Assembly: GCA_963702845.1 (NCBI GenBank)
Contig: OY969763.1
Location: 4,736,001 to 4,800,000, forward strand
Source of the DNA: an uncultured Verrucomicrobiae bacterium
GTDB taxonomy: Bacteria; Verrucomicrobiota; Verrucomicrobiia; Limisphaerales; Palsa-1400
Reading direction: 5' to 3'
DNA: 64,000 nucleotides
The notes beneath the pieces are model-generated. The model was not told the DNA's origin, ran no database searches, and saw nothing but the letters and a program-made list of their open reading frames with translations. This document shows, in pieces, positions 39,587-50,601 of the stretch. Made by a program: the position numbers and the translations under genes. Position 1 is the stretch's first letter; every line of letters starts with the position of its first letter.

Positions 39587-39832
39587 TCACTTCTCGCTCT
39601 TGCTGCTGCCACGTTTGCCGCCACCAGCCATGACGATTGTGCCAGCGAGGAAGCCGACGCCGAAGAAGCCGAAATACATCAACGCAGCAGGCTGTTTCAC
39701 GATGGTCGGCCACTCCGGTTTCACGTGGGGCAAATGGAGTTCGATGCTGTTCGGGTTGTTCAAGCCCATCAGAACCAACAGCGACAACACGGCGATGACG
39801 AAGAGGGTTTTGAAAATGAGCTTAAAATTCAT
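39587..39832 (-). CDS. Small two-TM membrane protein (LapA/DUF1049-like)
   Basis: Two hydrophobic helices separated by N.x.x.x.I.L, with a basic tail. Confidence 0.6.
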   Translation of the reverse strand: MNFKLIFKTLFVIAVLSLLVLMGLNNPNSIELHLPHVKPEWPTIVKQPAALMYFGFFGVGFLAGTIVMAGGGKRGSSKSEK

Positions 39833-39893
39833 AACGGCGCGACAATAAGGAATTCCCCGATAAGCGTCAACGGAAAGGCAAAATGAAGAACGC

Positions 39894-40664
39894 TCAGGCG
39901 TGGACCTTTTGTCCACGAATATGGCCGTTGATATACAGCTTCCCCTGCTCCACCGCACCTGGAAGCGTTTTGCCGTGAGCCAGTCCCGCGGTGATGGCGG
40001 CAGAGTAGGTACAACCAGTGCCGTGGAGGCGTGCGCCTCGAACGAACGGCGCCGAGAAGATCCATTCGCGTTTGCCGTCCCAAAGGAGGTCAGATGCCTG
40101 ACGCGCGCCAGGAAGGTGACCGCCCTTTATCAACGTCGCGCAGTGGTAATACTTCTGAATCAGCTTCGCGACCGCACGCATGTCGTCGAAAGTTTTGATC
40201 TTCGTTCCAGACAAGGCTTCGGCTTCGGGGACGTTAGGAGTGACCAGCGTTGCCATGGGAAGCAGGAACCGCTTCATCTCACTAAACGCTGGCGGTTGCA
40301 ACAGCACCCGACCACTGGTGGAAATGATCACAGGATCGACCACGAGCGCGATGTTCTTGTGGCGGCGTAGAAACCGCACCACTTCACGCACCACCAGCTG
40401 CGAGTACAACATGCCCGTTTTTACCGCGACTGGTGCGTGCTCTTCGAAGACGGCTTCGAGTTGCGCGTGGACCATAGCGGGCGTGCATGGAAAAATCCTC
40501 GCCACGTGCTTGCGGTTTTGCGCGGTGATGCAGGTGATTGCCGAGGTGCCATGGACGCCGAGCGCCGCGAAGGTTTTCAGATCCGCTTGAATGCCAGCTT
40601 CGCCGCCGCTGTCGGAGCCCGCGATCGTCAGGGCGATCGGCATGAGATGTTTGTGCGCAGGCAT
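39894..40664 (-). CDS. thiD: Hydroxymethylpyrimidine/phosphomethylpyrimidine kinase
   Basis: ALTIAGSDSGG.AGIQADLKTF, VKTGML, TPNVPEA, HGTGCT motifs. Confidence 0.95.
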   Translation of the reverse strand: MPAHKHLMPIALTIAGSDSGGEAGIQADLKTFAALGVHGTSAITCITAQNRKHVARIFPCTPAMVHAQLEAVFEEHAPVAVKTGMLYSQLVVREVVRFLRRHKNIALVVDPVIISTSGRVLLQPPAFSEMKRFLLPMATLVTPNVPEAEALSGTKIKTFDDMRAVAKLIQKYYHCATLIKGGHLPGARQASDLLWDGKREWIFSAPFVRGARLHGTGCTYSAAITAGLAHGKTLPGAVEQGKLYINGHIRGQKVHA

Positions 40665-40828
40665 TCACGGATACATTACAACAACTTTTTGCTTGGGAAG
40701 AAAAAAGAGGTCGGTTGTTGGCGCACGTCGCGAGCGGCATGGATTGCGTTCAGGCGCGCTCTAGTGCGTTAGTGACAAGCCGACAATTCTTGCTTTAGCA
40801 GAGCGCCATTACTCTTTAGCTTTGCCGG

Positions 40829-41395
40829 ATGACAAGTGAAGAGGCCGTGCAGATTTTTCGAGAGACCGGCGCGTTACTCGAAGGCCATTTCGTTTTGCGG
40901 AGCGGTTTGCATAGCCGGCAGTTCTTCCAATGCGCGCTGGCGCTACAGCAAATGCCGATTGTTGAAAAGTTCGGCAAGGCGCTGGCCGATAAGGTGCGAG
41001 GACTCGGAGCCGTCACGGTGATTGCGCCGGCGATGGGCGGTTTGGTGATTGGCCAGGAAGTCGCGCGGCAGCTTGGCCTTCGTTTTATTTTTGTGGAAAA
41101 GGAAGAAGGCAGGCTCGTGTTACGCAGAGGGTTCAAAATCAATCCCGCGGAAAAAATTCTCGTCGTCGAAGATGTCGTGACCAAAGGCGGGCGCGTCCAG
41201 GAAACGAACGACATTGTGCGGACGAACGGTGGCAATGTTCTGGGCGTCGCAATGATTGTCGATCGGTCGAATGGCACGGTTGATTTGGGTGTGCCGATGT
41301 TTAGTCTCATTTCGTTGAAAGTGGAAGCGTACCCACCCGACAATTTACCCACCGACCTCCAAAAAATTCCCGCATCCAAACCGGGGAGTAAATAA
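40829..41395 (+). CDS. pyrE: Orotate phosphoribosyltransferase
   Basis: GALLEGHF.LRSG.HS and the PRPP-binding motif LVVEDVVTKGG. Confidence 0.95.
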   Translation: MTSEEAVQIFRETGALLEGHFVLRSGLHSRQFFQCALALQQMPIVEKFGKALADKVRGLGAVTVIAPAMGGLVIGQEVARQLGLRFIFVEKEEGRLVLRRGFKINPAEKILVVEDVVTKGGRVQETNDIVRTNGGNVLGVAMIVDRSNGTVDLGVPMFSLISLKVEAYPPDNLPTDLQKIPASKPGSK

Positions 41396-41396
41396 T

Positions 41397-42893
41397 ATGG
41401 CCTTCGATTCGTTTGCAGAATTCGTTCACGCGCTGGAAAAGGCCGGAGAGCTCAAGCGCATCTCCGAACCGCTGGCGACGGAATTGGAAATTACTGAACT
41501 CGCCGATCGCGAGATGAAGTCGGCCAATGGCGGCAAGGCCTTATTGATCGAACGGCCAACCGTGAACGGCAAGGTATCTTCGTTTCCTCTTGCGATTAAC
41601 ACGATGGGTTCCGAGAAGCGGATGGCTATGAGCATGGGGGCGAACTCCGTTGCTGAAGTCGCCGCGGAATTGGGATCGTTGATGAAGGCGAAACCGCCGG
41701 CGAGTTTTCGGGAAGCGCTCAGTTTCCTCGGCACCGCCCTGGAGTTGCGTCATGCACGACCCAAAATGGTGGGACGTGGAGCTTGCCAGCAAGTCGTGCA
41801 TCGGTTCAATCCGTCAAAGGTCGAAGGGGCGAAGACCGGGCAAAGTGATCCGACGCTTTTGGATATCCCTATTCTCAAGTGCTGGCCGATGGACGCTGGC
41901 CGTTTCATCACCCTGCCCTGCGTCGTTACGAAAGATCCAGACACCGGAGAGCGCAATATCGGCATGTATCGAATCCAGGTGTATGACGACCAGACCACCG
42001 GCATGCACTGGCAGTTGCAGAAGGTGGCAGCGCGCCACGGGCGGCGTTATTACGAAACCGGCGAACGCATGCCGGTGAGTATTTTCCTCGGGGGCGATCC
42101 GGTGTTTACATTTTGTGCGACGGCGCCATTGCCTGATGGCGTGGACGAATTTCTCCTTGCCGGATATCTGCGCAAGAAATCCGTCGAATTGGTAAAATGT
42201 TTGACGAACGACCTCGAAGTTCCAGCCGACGCAGATTTCGTTATCGAAGGTTACATCGATCCCAAAGAGCCGTTGCGGATGGAAGGTCCGTTTGGTGACC
42301 ACACTGGATATTACTCGTTAGCCGATCTTTATCCGGCGTTCCACATCACCGCGATCACTCACCGCAAAGACGCAGTGTATCCCGCCACGATCGTCGGTAT
42401 TCCGCCGATGGAAGATTTTTACATTGGCACGGCGAGCGTGAAGTTGTTCATGCCGATTTTAAAAATGAGTTTTCCCGAAATCGTAGACATCGCGCTGCCC
42501 GCCGAAGGCGTTTTTCATAACATGGTCTTCGTCAGCATCAAGAAGAGCTACCCGATGCAGGCGTTTAAAATCATGCACGGGCTGTGGGGCATGGGCCAAA
42601 TGATGTTTACCAAATATATAGTGGTCGTTGATGCCGATGTGAACGTGCACAACACCAGCGAAGTCTTGTTCCGGCTCTGCGCCAACACCGATCCACAGCG
42701 CGATGCGATTTTTACGAAGGGTCCTGCGGACGTGTTGGATCACGCCACTGCAGAGCTCGCCATCGGCACGAAGATGGGTATCGACGCGACAAAAAAGCTC
42801 GCAGGCGAAGGTTTCAAACGCGAATGGCCGCCGCTCATCACAATGCCTGCCGACGTGAAACAAAAAATCGATCAATTGTTCGGCTCACATTAA
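41397..42893 (+). CDS. UbiD-family prFMN-dependent decarboxylase (menaquinone futalosine-pathway type)
   Basis: RNIGMYR.Q, EGPFGDHTGYY, PATIVG.PPMED, GMGQMMFTK, KMGIDAT motifs. Confidence 0.9.
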   Translation: MAFDSFAEFVHALEKAGELKRISEPLATELEITELADREMKSANGGKALLIERPTVNGKVSSFPLAINTMGSEKRMAMSMGANSVAEVAAELGSLMKAKPPASFREALSFLGTALELRHARPKMVGRGACQQVVHRFNPSKVEGAKTGQSDPTLLDIPILKCWPMDAGRFITLPCVVTKDPDTGERNIGMYRIQVYDDQTTGMHWQLQKVAARHGRRYYETGERMPVSIFLGGDPVFTFCATAPLPDGVDEFLLAGYLRKKSVELVKCLTNDLEVPADADFVIEGYIDPKEPLRMEGPFGDHTGYYSLADLYPAFHITAITHRKDAVYPATIVGIPPMEDFYIGTASVKLFMPILKMSFPEIVDIALPAEGVFHNMVFVSIKKSYPMQAFKIMHGLWGMGQMMFTKYIVVVDADVNVHNTSEVLFRLCANTDPQRDAIFTKGPADVLDHATAELAIGTKMGIDATKKLAGEGFKREWPPLITMPADVKQKIDQLFGSH

Positions 42894-42941
42894 CTTGAGT
42901 TTTTGGCAAGATTTGAAACATTAGTGGCCGCCAAAGGCCTG

Positions 42942-44267
42942 ATGAAAACTGTCTTGCTCATCGACGATAATCGCGAGTTCCGAGGGGTCGTCTCCGAATG
43001 GCTCAAAGAGCACGATTGGAATGTGCTCGAAGCCGACGACGGGGAAGTCGGCCTGCAACTGGCGTTACGCCATCATCCTCAGGCCATCCTGTGTGATTTG
43101 TTGATGCCGCGCTGCAACGGTTTTCAGTTTTGCCGCACCTTCCGCTCCCAGGAAGACCACGCCACTGGCACTGCGATCATCGTCACGACCGGCAGCGGTT
43201 ATGCGACCGATCGCATGAACGCGCTCGAAGCCGGTGCGGATGACTACATCGTTAAGCCGATTAATTTCACTAATCTCGCACGCGTGCTGGATCGTTTTAC
43301 GGACGGTGTTTCCACCGCCCGTCCTACACCCATTGTTGCGACTGATACACGAACGAAACTAAAGTTCTGGGGCGTTCGCGGATCCATCGCCGCTCCCGGA
43401 CCGAACACGGTTTTCTACGGCGGCAACACTTCCTGCATCGAACTTCGGGTTAACAATAATATTATCATTTTAGATGCCGGGACTGGAATACGTCCGCTCG
43501 GCCTCGCGTTGGATCGGGAGTTCAAAAGTCAGCCGATCGACATCAACATTCTGATCACCCACACCCATTGGGATCACATCCAGGGTTTTCCGTTCTTTCC
43601 GCCGGCTTATAACGCGCAAAATCGCATCACCTTTTACGGCTTCGAAGGCGCACGGCGCGGATTGCAGGCTACGTTGTCGAGCCAGATGGAAAGTCCGTAT
43701 TTTCCAATCTCGATGCAACAGATGCCCGGCCACGTTACGATTGAAGAACTGCGCGACCTGGAATTTAAGATCAACTCAGTGCCCGTGCGTGCCCATTTCC
43801 TCAATCACCCTGGCGTTTGCATGGGTTATCGCGTGCATACCGATGCCGGTGACATTTGTTACCTGCCCGACGTTGAGCTTTTCCAAAGGCTCCGCGCCGA
43901 AATGGAGAAAGAATCGCGCGTCGTTTCGAAAGAAGATCGCGAGTTCGCCCATGACCAAGACGCGAAGTTGCTCGATTTTATCACAGATTGCGAAGTGCTA
44001 ATTTTGGATTCGCAATACGATGCTACGGAATACCCGTCGCACGTCGGCTGGGGCCACAGTTGCATGGAAGACAGCGTCGCTTTCGCCATTAAAGCCAAAG
44101 CCAAACGTTTGTTCCTGTTCCATCATGACCCGGATCACACCGACGATCACATTTCGCGCATGGTTGCGCGTGCTCGTCAAATGGTGGCGCAACATCAATC
44201 ATCGCTCGTCGTCGAGGCGGCGCGAGAGGGGTGCGAGGTCGTTTTGGATAAACTCGTCACCGCCTAG
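42942..44267 (+). CDS. Response regulator receiver fused to an MBL-fold metallohydrolase
   Basis: N-terminal REC (IDDN...DLLMP...KP); FWGVRGS, GGNTSC, DAGTG, THTHWDHIQG, GWGHS, FHHDP motifs. Confidence 0.9.
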   Translation: MKTVLLIDDNREFRGVVSEWLKEHDWNVLEADDGEVGLQLALRHHPQAILCDLLMPRCNGFQFCRTFRSQEDHATGTAIIVTTGSGYATDRMNALEAGADDYIVKPINFTNLARVLDRFTDGVSTARPTPIVATDTRTKLKFWGVRGSIAAPGPNTVFYGGNTSCIELRVNNNIIILDAGTGIRPLGLALDREFKSQPIDINILITHTHWDHIQGFPFFPPAYNAQNRITFYGFEGARRGLQATLSSQMESPYFPISMQQMPGHVTIEELRDLEFKINSVPVRAHFLNHPGVCMGYRVHTDAGDICYLPDVELFQRLRAEMEKESRVVSKEDREFAHDQDAKLLDFITDCEVLILDSQYDATEYPSHVGWGHSCMEDSVAFAIKAKAKRLFLFHHDPDHTDDHISRMVARARQMVAQHQSSLVVEAAREGCEVVLDKLVTA

Positions 44268-44277
44268 CCGAGCGGAC

Positions 44278-44850
44278 TTAAGCTGTCTTGTCTTTTGCCT
44301 TTTGGGCTGCAATCGCTTCGGTAAACCAAAGAATTTCATCCAAAAACCCGGCGCATCGCTTTTCGTACGTTGGATCATTCGGAGTTCCGTCGTCTTTGAA
44401 TGAGTCCTGAACGCGCGAGACCGATAGATTTTCGGGAATCGGCAACGCGCCCATGCCCAGGCAGACGAGGCGAAGCTGGGCGAGGCAATTGATCCCGCCG
44501 AAGCCGCCTGCTGAAACCGTCACGATACCAACCGGTTTGCGTTCGTATTCGGGAAGCAAATAATCGAGCGCATTCTTCAACACGCCGGGATAGCCATTAT
44601 TATATTCAGGTGTGACAATGATGAACGAATCGGCATGATCGATCTTTTGGCCAAATTCGCGCAAGCCCGGCGGCGGATCATCACGACGATGCAGTCGTTC
44701 TTCCATGATAGGGAAGTTGTATTCCAATAGGTCCAACAGTTCGGTCGAGACATTCGGGCGTTGCTGGAGACGGGCGAGGACAAACCGAGCGACTTTGATC
44801 GAATGACGGTCGCGTCGGGTGCTTCCGCAGATGATTGGAATCGAAAACAT
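44278..44850 (-). CDS. NADPH-dependent FMN reductase
   Basis: GSTRRDR.S and TPEYNNGYPGVLKNALD motifs. Confidence 0.9.
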   Translation of the reverse strand: MFSIPIICGSTRRDRHSIKVARFVLARLQQRPNVSTELLDLLEYNFPIMEERLHRRDDPPPGLREFGQKIDHADSFIIVTPEYNNGYPGVLKNALDYLLPEYERKPVGIVTVSAGGFGGINCLAQLRLVCLGMGALPIPENLSVSRVQDSFKDDGTPNDPTYEKRCAGFLDEILWFTEAIAAQKAKDKTA

Positions 44851-45283
44851 GGGCCGAGAATGTCTTTGCGCGGGCTCGGAATCAACCTGCAAACGAGCGC
44901 GGCGTGATTTCACTTAATCGAGCCAAAGACAGGAAGCGCCATTTCATTCAAATTAAGCCTAAGCCATTGAGCGAGTTTTGGATTGCATCCAACTGTATCG
45001 TTAACGCACAGCTTCCTACGTCTTTGACTCGACCATATCTATATGATATTCGATTTTTCCGGTAACCTGAAGCGATACGGACAAGCTGTTCGACTTGGTT
45101 TTTTATGGGACCAAAACAGCGAGTTTAGCCATTTTTTGCGTGTACAGGTCACGCATTATGCGTGGAAATTTTGCGCACGCGATGTTTTTGAGGTTTTGAG
45201 CCCAAAATTCTCCCTCGTAGACCATAGCGGAGCCCGGATTTTGGGCAATGGCATCGTTAGTGCTAAGATTCGGTCAAATCGAG

Positions 45284-45313
45284 TTGACACTGCAGAACGT
45301 GAATCTTTACAGT
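45284..45313 (+). promoter_or_regulatory. Putative sigma-70 promoter
   Basis: TTGACA-18 bp-TACAGT, 35 bp upstream of ATG 45348. Confidence 0.5.
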
Positions 45314-45347
45314 GCGCGCTCATTTCACAAATAACCACAGTATAGAT

Positions 45348-46124
45348 ATGAAAAATAAATGGACCAAGAAGCTTGCAGCTTTCACTTTGATTGAGCTGCT
45401 GGTTGTCATCGCGATTATTGCCATTCTGGCGAGCATGCTTTTGCCCGCTTTGGCGCGCGCGAAACAAAAAGCGCAACGTATTCAATGCGTTAACAACCAG
45501 AAACAACACGGAACCGGCTACCGCATTTGGGCTGGTGACAATCAAGACCGTTATCCGCAGCAATCCTCGAAGGCCAACGGCGGCTGGTCGGACATTGCGG
45601 CTGCCGGTTCTTGCGGTCCTTACGGTTGGACGAACTGGGTGATTATGCAAAACGAATTGGGCCAATCCCCCAAGATCCTGAATTGCCCGTCAGACGACCG
45701 CACCCCAGCGACCGATTTCAAATACCCCGGTGGCGCGCCTGCCGGCACGTTCGGCAATCTGAATGTGTCGTATTTCATTGGCATGGGCGCGAATGAAAAC
45801 TATCCGTTATCCATCCTCGGCGGCGACCGAAACCTCGGTTCCAGCTCGACTGACGCGAACTACGGTTATTCTCCTGTTGCTCCTTCTGTCGCCGGTAGTG
45901 ATCAATATCAAACTCCCAGTGTGCTCGCCACGAACCAAAGGACTGCGGCGTGGTCGATGAAGTTGCACTCCGCTGGTAACCAGGTTGGTGCCGGCAACAT
46001 CCTGATGGGTGACGGTTCGGTGCAGCAATGCTCCTCGGCTCGTTTCGTCAGCGACTACTTGACCAATGCGTTTGACACCGGCAACGGCGCGGTTGCTCCG
46101 TACATCCGTGTTGTGTTCCCTTGA
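45348..46124 (+). CDS. Prepilin-type N-terminal cleavage/methylation protein (H-X9-DG-like)
   Basis: [27 protein letters not shown]...[10 protein letters not shown]. Confidence 0.9.
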   Translation: MKNKWTKKLAAFTLIELLVVIAIIAILASMLLPALARAKQKAQRIQCVNNQKQHGTGYRIWAGDNQDRYPQQSSKANGGWSDIAAAGSCGPYGWTNWVIMQNELGQSPKILNCPSDDRTPATDFKYPGGAPAGTFGNLNVSYFIGMGANENYPLSILGGDRNLGSSSTDANYGYSPVAPSVAGSDQYQTPSVLATNQRTAAWSMKLHSAGNQVGAGNILMGDGSVQQCSSARFVSDYLTNAFDTGNGAVAPYIRVVFP

Positions 46125-46151
46125 TTTAACAACCAATTAACTGACAGTCAC

Positions 46152-46184
46152 AAAGGCACCCGAAAGGGTGCCTTTTTTCTTTTT
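46152..46184 (+). terminator. Intrinsic terminator
   Basis: AAAGGCACCC-GAAA-GGGTGCCTTT followed by a T-run. Confidence 0.85.
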
Positions 46185-46306
46185 TCATAGACGCTGGGCT
46201 ACCGAGGCGGGCATTGCGTGGCCGTGTTGTTCTGAAGTCCAGTCTTCCAATAGAACCGAGGCGAGTTCTCGTTGACATCCCGCTGGACTGCATCCATATC
46301 CATGCG

Positions 46307-47559
46307 GTGAAATTGTGGCGTAGTGGCATTTTTATTTCCGCACTTGGCTTCATTGGAGGCCTCGGGAACTTTTGGTTTCAGGGCATTATTTATCGCCAGA
46401 TGTCGGATGCCGAATGTGGCTATACCAACAGTGCATTAAAGCTCATCGAGCTTCTCGGGTTGCCCCTCGCCATCATCGGCTATTCTCTGGTGCATTACAT
46501 CGCCCATTTTCGCGCCAAAGACGACGATGCTCGCCTTCAGGGTTTAATTTCCGGTTATCAAAATTTTCTGCTGCGTGTCACGATTGGGGGCTCAATCGTC
46601 GCCGCCGTGCTTGCGCCTCCGCTGACGTGGTACTTTGGTTTCCCACGCTGGACGATCAGCGTTGCAGCGCTCACATGCGTGCTGACTGGCATGTGGTCCG
46701 GATATGCGGTGGCACTTTGCCAGGGAATGGCCTGGTTCAAACGCCTGGCGATCATTGGGCTGGTCGCTGTCGCAATGCGCGTCGCCTTCGGCTGGGCGAT
46801 GACAAAAAGATTTTCCGCGGCGGAAGTCGCAGTCTCAGCGACGACATTTTCGCTATTGGCCAACCTCGTTTTGTTTTACTGGCGAAAAGACATCTTCAAA
46901 AGAGGCCAACAGGTCTCTCCCTGGGACAAGGAGTTTCGCACGTTCATGATCGTGGCTGCATGCGTGATCGGTGGAACCTTTTTCTTTCAAGCCGACCAGT
47001 TGATCGCGCAAAAGTACTTCACCGGCGAACAAACTGGCGCCTACGCCGCCGCAGGCAGGTTAAGCCAGGCACTCATCATGGTCGTTGCCCCGCTGCTGAC
47101 CGTTCTTTATACGTCGCGCTCCGGCCACAAGACCGGCAACGCACTGACCGACCAAAAGATATTGCTGGCTTTGTATGGCGTCGGCCTGATCGTGGCGCGG
47201 CTGGCATTTTGTTTCTGCGCGACCTCTTCATCCGGCTGCTGATGAATAAGGCTAATGCGAACGTGTCGATCATGATGGTTCCTTACACCGTCGCGATGGT
47301 GTTTTTCGGATTAAGCCAGGCGATTGGAATGTGGAGCCTGGCTAGCCGATGGTTCAAAGTGGCCATCCTTTACGGAGGTCTAGGATTGGTCTACTGGCTG
47401 GTGCTACTTGCGATCGGCAAAACACCGGAACAGTTATTGAAGGTGATGCCCTACGCGTCAGCGATTTGTTTCGTGATCTTATGTATCGGCTGGTTGATGC
47501 AGCTACGGAGCGGAAATAACAGATCGCCGAATGTAGCGGAAACGCCGGTTGTCGTCTAA
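46307..47559 (+). CDS. Polysaccharide flippase-like (Wzx/MOP superfamily) membrane protein, frameshifted near 47195
   Basis: About 12 hydrophobic helices across ORFs 46214..47242 and 46372..47559; DQLIAQKYF...GAYAAA motif. Confidence 0.65.
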
Positions 47560-47568
47560 AATTTTGCG

Positions 47569-48075
47569 ATGCGAACAGATCTCAAAACTGCTGAGAAGCT
47601 TTGCCTCTCCTGCGGGCTGTGTTGCAACGGTGTGATTTTTGCCGACGTGCAACTGCAGCGCGGTGATAACGCCGCGCGGCTCCGGAAATTAGGGATGTTG
47701 AAACCTAATGCCACGAAATTTCCACAGCCCTGTTCGATGCACGATGGCTGCCGCTGCGCGATTTATGCCGAGCGCCCGAAATATTGTCAGCAGTTCGAAT
47801 GTCTGTTGCTGAAAAACGCGCAAGAAGGACGCGTGACCGAATCAGAGGCGTTGCGCGTTATCAAAGATGGCCGGGAAAAAGCCGCGCGAGTCCAGGAACT
47901 TTTGGCCCAACTCGGCGATAACGAAACAACCATCGCCCTCAGCAAACGCTTTCAGTCGATGAGACGGAAGATGGAGAACGGGCCAACCGACCCGGAACAC
48001 ATCGATATTTTTGGGCTCCTCACCGTGGCCGTGCACGAACTCAACGTGCTTTTGAGCGAGCGTTTTTATCGCTAA
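47569..48075 (+). CDS. YkgJ-family cysteine-cluster protein
   Basis: C..CGLCC and C.IY.ERP..C..FEC motifs. Confidence 0.85.
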   Translation: MRTDLKTAEKLCLSCGLCCNGVIFADVQLQRGDNAARLRKLGMLKPNATKFPQPCSMHDGCRCAIYAERPKYCQQFECLLLKNAQEGRVTESEALRVIKDGREKAARVQELLAQLGDNETTIALSKRFQSMRRKMENGPTDPEHIDIFGLLTVAVHELNVLLSERFYR

Positions 48076-48161
48076 AGTCGTGCCTCTAATCGTTTCCCTC
48101 ACAGTGCGAGCAGGACTCGCCTGAATGACTTTTACGTCGATGTCTCGTAATCTCTTTCCGG

Positions 48162-48710
48162 ATGCCATTGGAAGAGCATAATGCCCAGTTACGCGCTGTT
48201 ATTGAACAAAATCAGCGCACGCTCGAACGCATGCAGCAGTTATTGGCCGCACTCGAAAAATCCATTACCTCGAATCCCGCGCACGACAATGCGTCAGATA
48301 ATAAGGTAATCCTCATCGTCGATGATAATCCGCATGACGCTCGCCGACTGGAACGCAGCGTGCAACGTTGCCGGTTGCTCACGCGCTTGCAAATTGTTGC
48401 CACTGGAGCAGAAGCCATCGCCTATATCAGAGGTGATGATCAGTATCATGATCGCGCGAGATTTCCCGAACCGCTTCTGTTGTTCCTGGATTTGAAAATG
48501 CCAAGTGTTGACGGTCTCGACGTCCTCGACTTTCTCAAGCAACACCCGCAATTTGCAAACTTCCCTGTTGTCGTGATGAGCGCACTCGGCGAGTCCAAAC
48601 AGGTCAATCGCGCCTATCATCTCGGCGCGCGTTCCTTCCTGGCCAAGCCGATCGATCCGGAAGAAGTCAAAGCAACGCTTCAAAAGTTGCACATTCCTGT
48701 CTTGGCCTGA
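48162..48710 (+). CDS. Response regulator (single receiver domain, N-terminal coiled coil)
   Basis: LIVDDN, FLDLKMP.VDG, AYHLGA.SFLAKP motifs. Confidence 0.9.
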   Translation: MPLEEHNAQLRAVIEQNQRTLERMQQLLAALEKSITSNPAHDNASDNKVILIVDDNPHDARRLERSVQRCRLLTRLQIVATGAEAIAYIRGDDQYHDRARFPEPLLLFLDLKMPSVDGLDVLDFLKQHPQFANFPVVVMSALGESKQVNRAYHLGARSFLAKPIDPEEVKATLQKLHIPVLA

Positions 48711-48780
48711 CCGATTGGCGGCGAAACCAGGATCCTGAAAATTCTACCCACTTAGCGGGATTACGTTTAAGTTGGAATCG

Positions 48781-49548
48781 ATGTTTCGGCCCTGCATTGA
48801 TCTGCACCAAGGCAAAGTCAAACAAATCGTCGGCAGCACGCTGAGCGATGACCCATCGACTTTGCGGACCAACTTTGTCTCGGAACGGCCCGGGTCATGG
48901 TTCGCCGAACTCTATAAACGCGACGGTGTGCGCGGCGCGCACGTGATCATGCTCGGCAAAGGAAACGAGAGCGCGGCGCAAGAAACTTTGGCGGCATATC
49001 GCGGCGGTCTGCAAATTGGCGGCGGCATTTCCGTCGACAATGCGCGCGTTTGGCTCGATGCAGGTGCATCGCATGTGATCGTGACATCATGGCTTTTTCC
49101 CGACGGTCAATTAAGTTGGGATCGATTGAAGTTGCTCGCAGCCACCATCGGCAAAGACCAGCTCGTCATCGACCTCAGTTGCAAGAGCACCGGCGATGGT
49201 TACATGGTCATGACCGACCGCTGGCAAAAACCGACTGGCTACCGAATTGAAAAGGAAAGTCTTCACAGGTTGGCCCAGTATTGCGACGAGTTCCTCGTCC
49301 ATGCGGTCGACGTGGAAGGCATGTGCAAAGGTGTGGATTTGGATCTCGTCAAAATGCTCGCTAACTGGTCGCCAATTCCCGTGACCTACGCGGGCGGCGC
49401 AAGATCGATTGAAGATCTCGAAACCGTCACAAGCGCCAGCGATGGCAAAGTCGATCTGACCATCGGTTCAGCGCTCGATATTTTTGGCGGGACCGGAGTG
49501 AAATACGCCGACGCCGTTGCATTCAACAAAAAGGTTTCGGCGGCTTGA
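48781..49548 (+). CDS. hisA: ProFAR isomerase, eukaryote-type (HIS6-like)
   Basis: FRPCIDLHQGKVKQIVG.TL, GLQIGGGI, ASHVIVTS, EFLVHAVDVEG, DLTIGSALDIFGG motifs. Confidence 0.93.
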   Translation: MFRPCIDLHQGKVKQIVGSTLSDDPSTLRTNFVSERPGSWFAELYKRDGVRGAHVIMLGKGNESAAQETLAAYRGGLQIGGGISVDNARVWLDAGASHVIVTSWLFPDGQLSWDRLKLLAATIGKDQLVIDLSCKSTGDGYMVMTDRWQKPTGYRIEKESLHRLAQYCDEFLVHAVDVEGMCKGVDLDLVKMLANWSPIPVTYAGGARSIEDLETVTSASDGKVDLTIGSALDIFGGTGVKYADAVAFNKKVSAA

Positions 49549-50534
49549 GCACTGCAAATGAACCAATCATTTCCGTGCGCGGCTTAACCAAGGCGTTCCG
49601 CACTTACAAAAAAGCGCCGGGAATTCTTGGCGCTGTGCGCGGATTGGTGCATCGCAAATACGAACAAACCGTCGCGGTCGACAACGTTAACTTTGAAGTG
49701 GAAGAAGGCGAGTTGGTTGGTTTCCTCGGCCCGAATGGCGCCGGAAAAACTACGACGCTCAAGATGCTTTCGGGATTGTTGTATCCGACTTCAGGGACGG
49801 CCCGCGTCCTCGGATACACGCCGTGGGAACGGGAAGACGGATATCGTCGACAATTCGCTTTGCTCCTCGGTCAAAAGAACCAGCTTTGGTGGGATTTACC
49901 GGCGCGCGAATCCCTTGAGTTGAACGCCAAAATATACGGCATCCCGCCCGCACAATTTTCCCGCACTGTTTCAGAACTGACGGAATTATTGCAGATCGGC
50001 GAGAAGCTGGATGTGATGGTGCGCGAACTTTCGCTCGGCGAGCGCATGAAGATGGAACTGATCGCTTCCCTGCTTCACAAACCGCGCGTCCTTTTTCTCG
50101 ATGAGCCCACGATTGGCCTGGATGTGGTCTCGCAAAAAATCGTCCGTGATTTTCTGCGCGAATATAACGCGAAGGAAAAGACGACGATTCTGCTGACGAG
50201 CCATTACATGCAGGACATTCAGGAGCTGTGCCGTCGCGTCGTCATTATCGATCACGGGAAGATTTTCTTCGACGGCCAACTGAGCGAAATTATCGATCGT
50301 TTTGCCGACGTAAAGATCGTCACAATCGCGTGGCAGACCGGTGCGAAACCACCGGCTGATTTGGCGAAATATGGCGAAGTGGTCAGGCAGGACAGCCAAC
50401 GCATCGAATTCAAGATTAAGCGCGACCAGGTCATCGCCGTCTGCAAACAACTGCTGGACGAGCTACCTGTCAGCGATATCGATATCCAAGACTTGCCGAT
50501 TGAGGACGTGATTCGACAAATCTTCGCGCGGTAA
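49545..50534 (+). CDS. ABC transporter ATP-binding protein (ABC-2 type)
   Basis: GPNGAGKTT, LSLGERMK, FLDEPTIGLD, TSHYM motifs. Confidence 0.93.
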   Translation: MSTANEPIISVRGLTKAFRTYKKAPGILGAVRGLVHRKYEQTVAVDNVNFEVEEGELVGFLGPNGAGKTTTLKMLSGLLYPTSGTARVLGYTPWEREDGYRRQFALLLGQKNQLWWDLPARESLELNAKIYGIPPAQFSRTVSELTELLQIGEKLDVMVRELSLGERMKMELIASLLHKPRVLFLDEPTIGLDVVSQKIVRDFLREYNAKEKTTILLTSHYMQDIQELCRRVVIIDHGKIFFDGQLSEIIDRFADVKIVTIAWQTGAKPPADLAKYGEVVRQDSQRIEFKIKRDQVIAVCKQLLDELPVSDIDIQDLPIEDVIRQIFAR

Positions 50535-50601
50535 CGTTGAGCGTTGACGATGGTAGCCGCAAACCGATACGTTCCGCACAAACGATTGAGCAAACCTGAA
50601 T

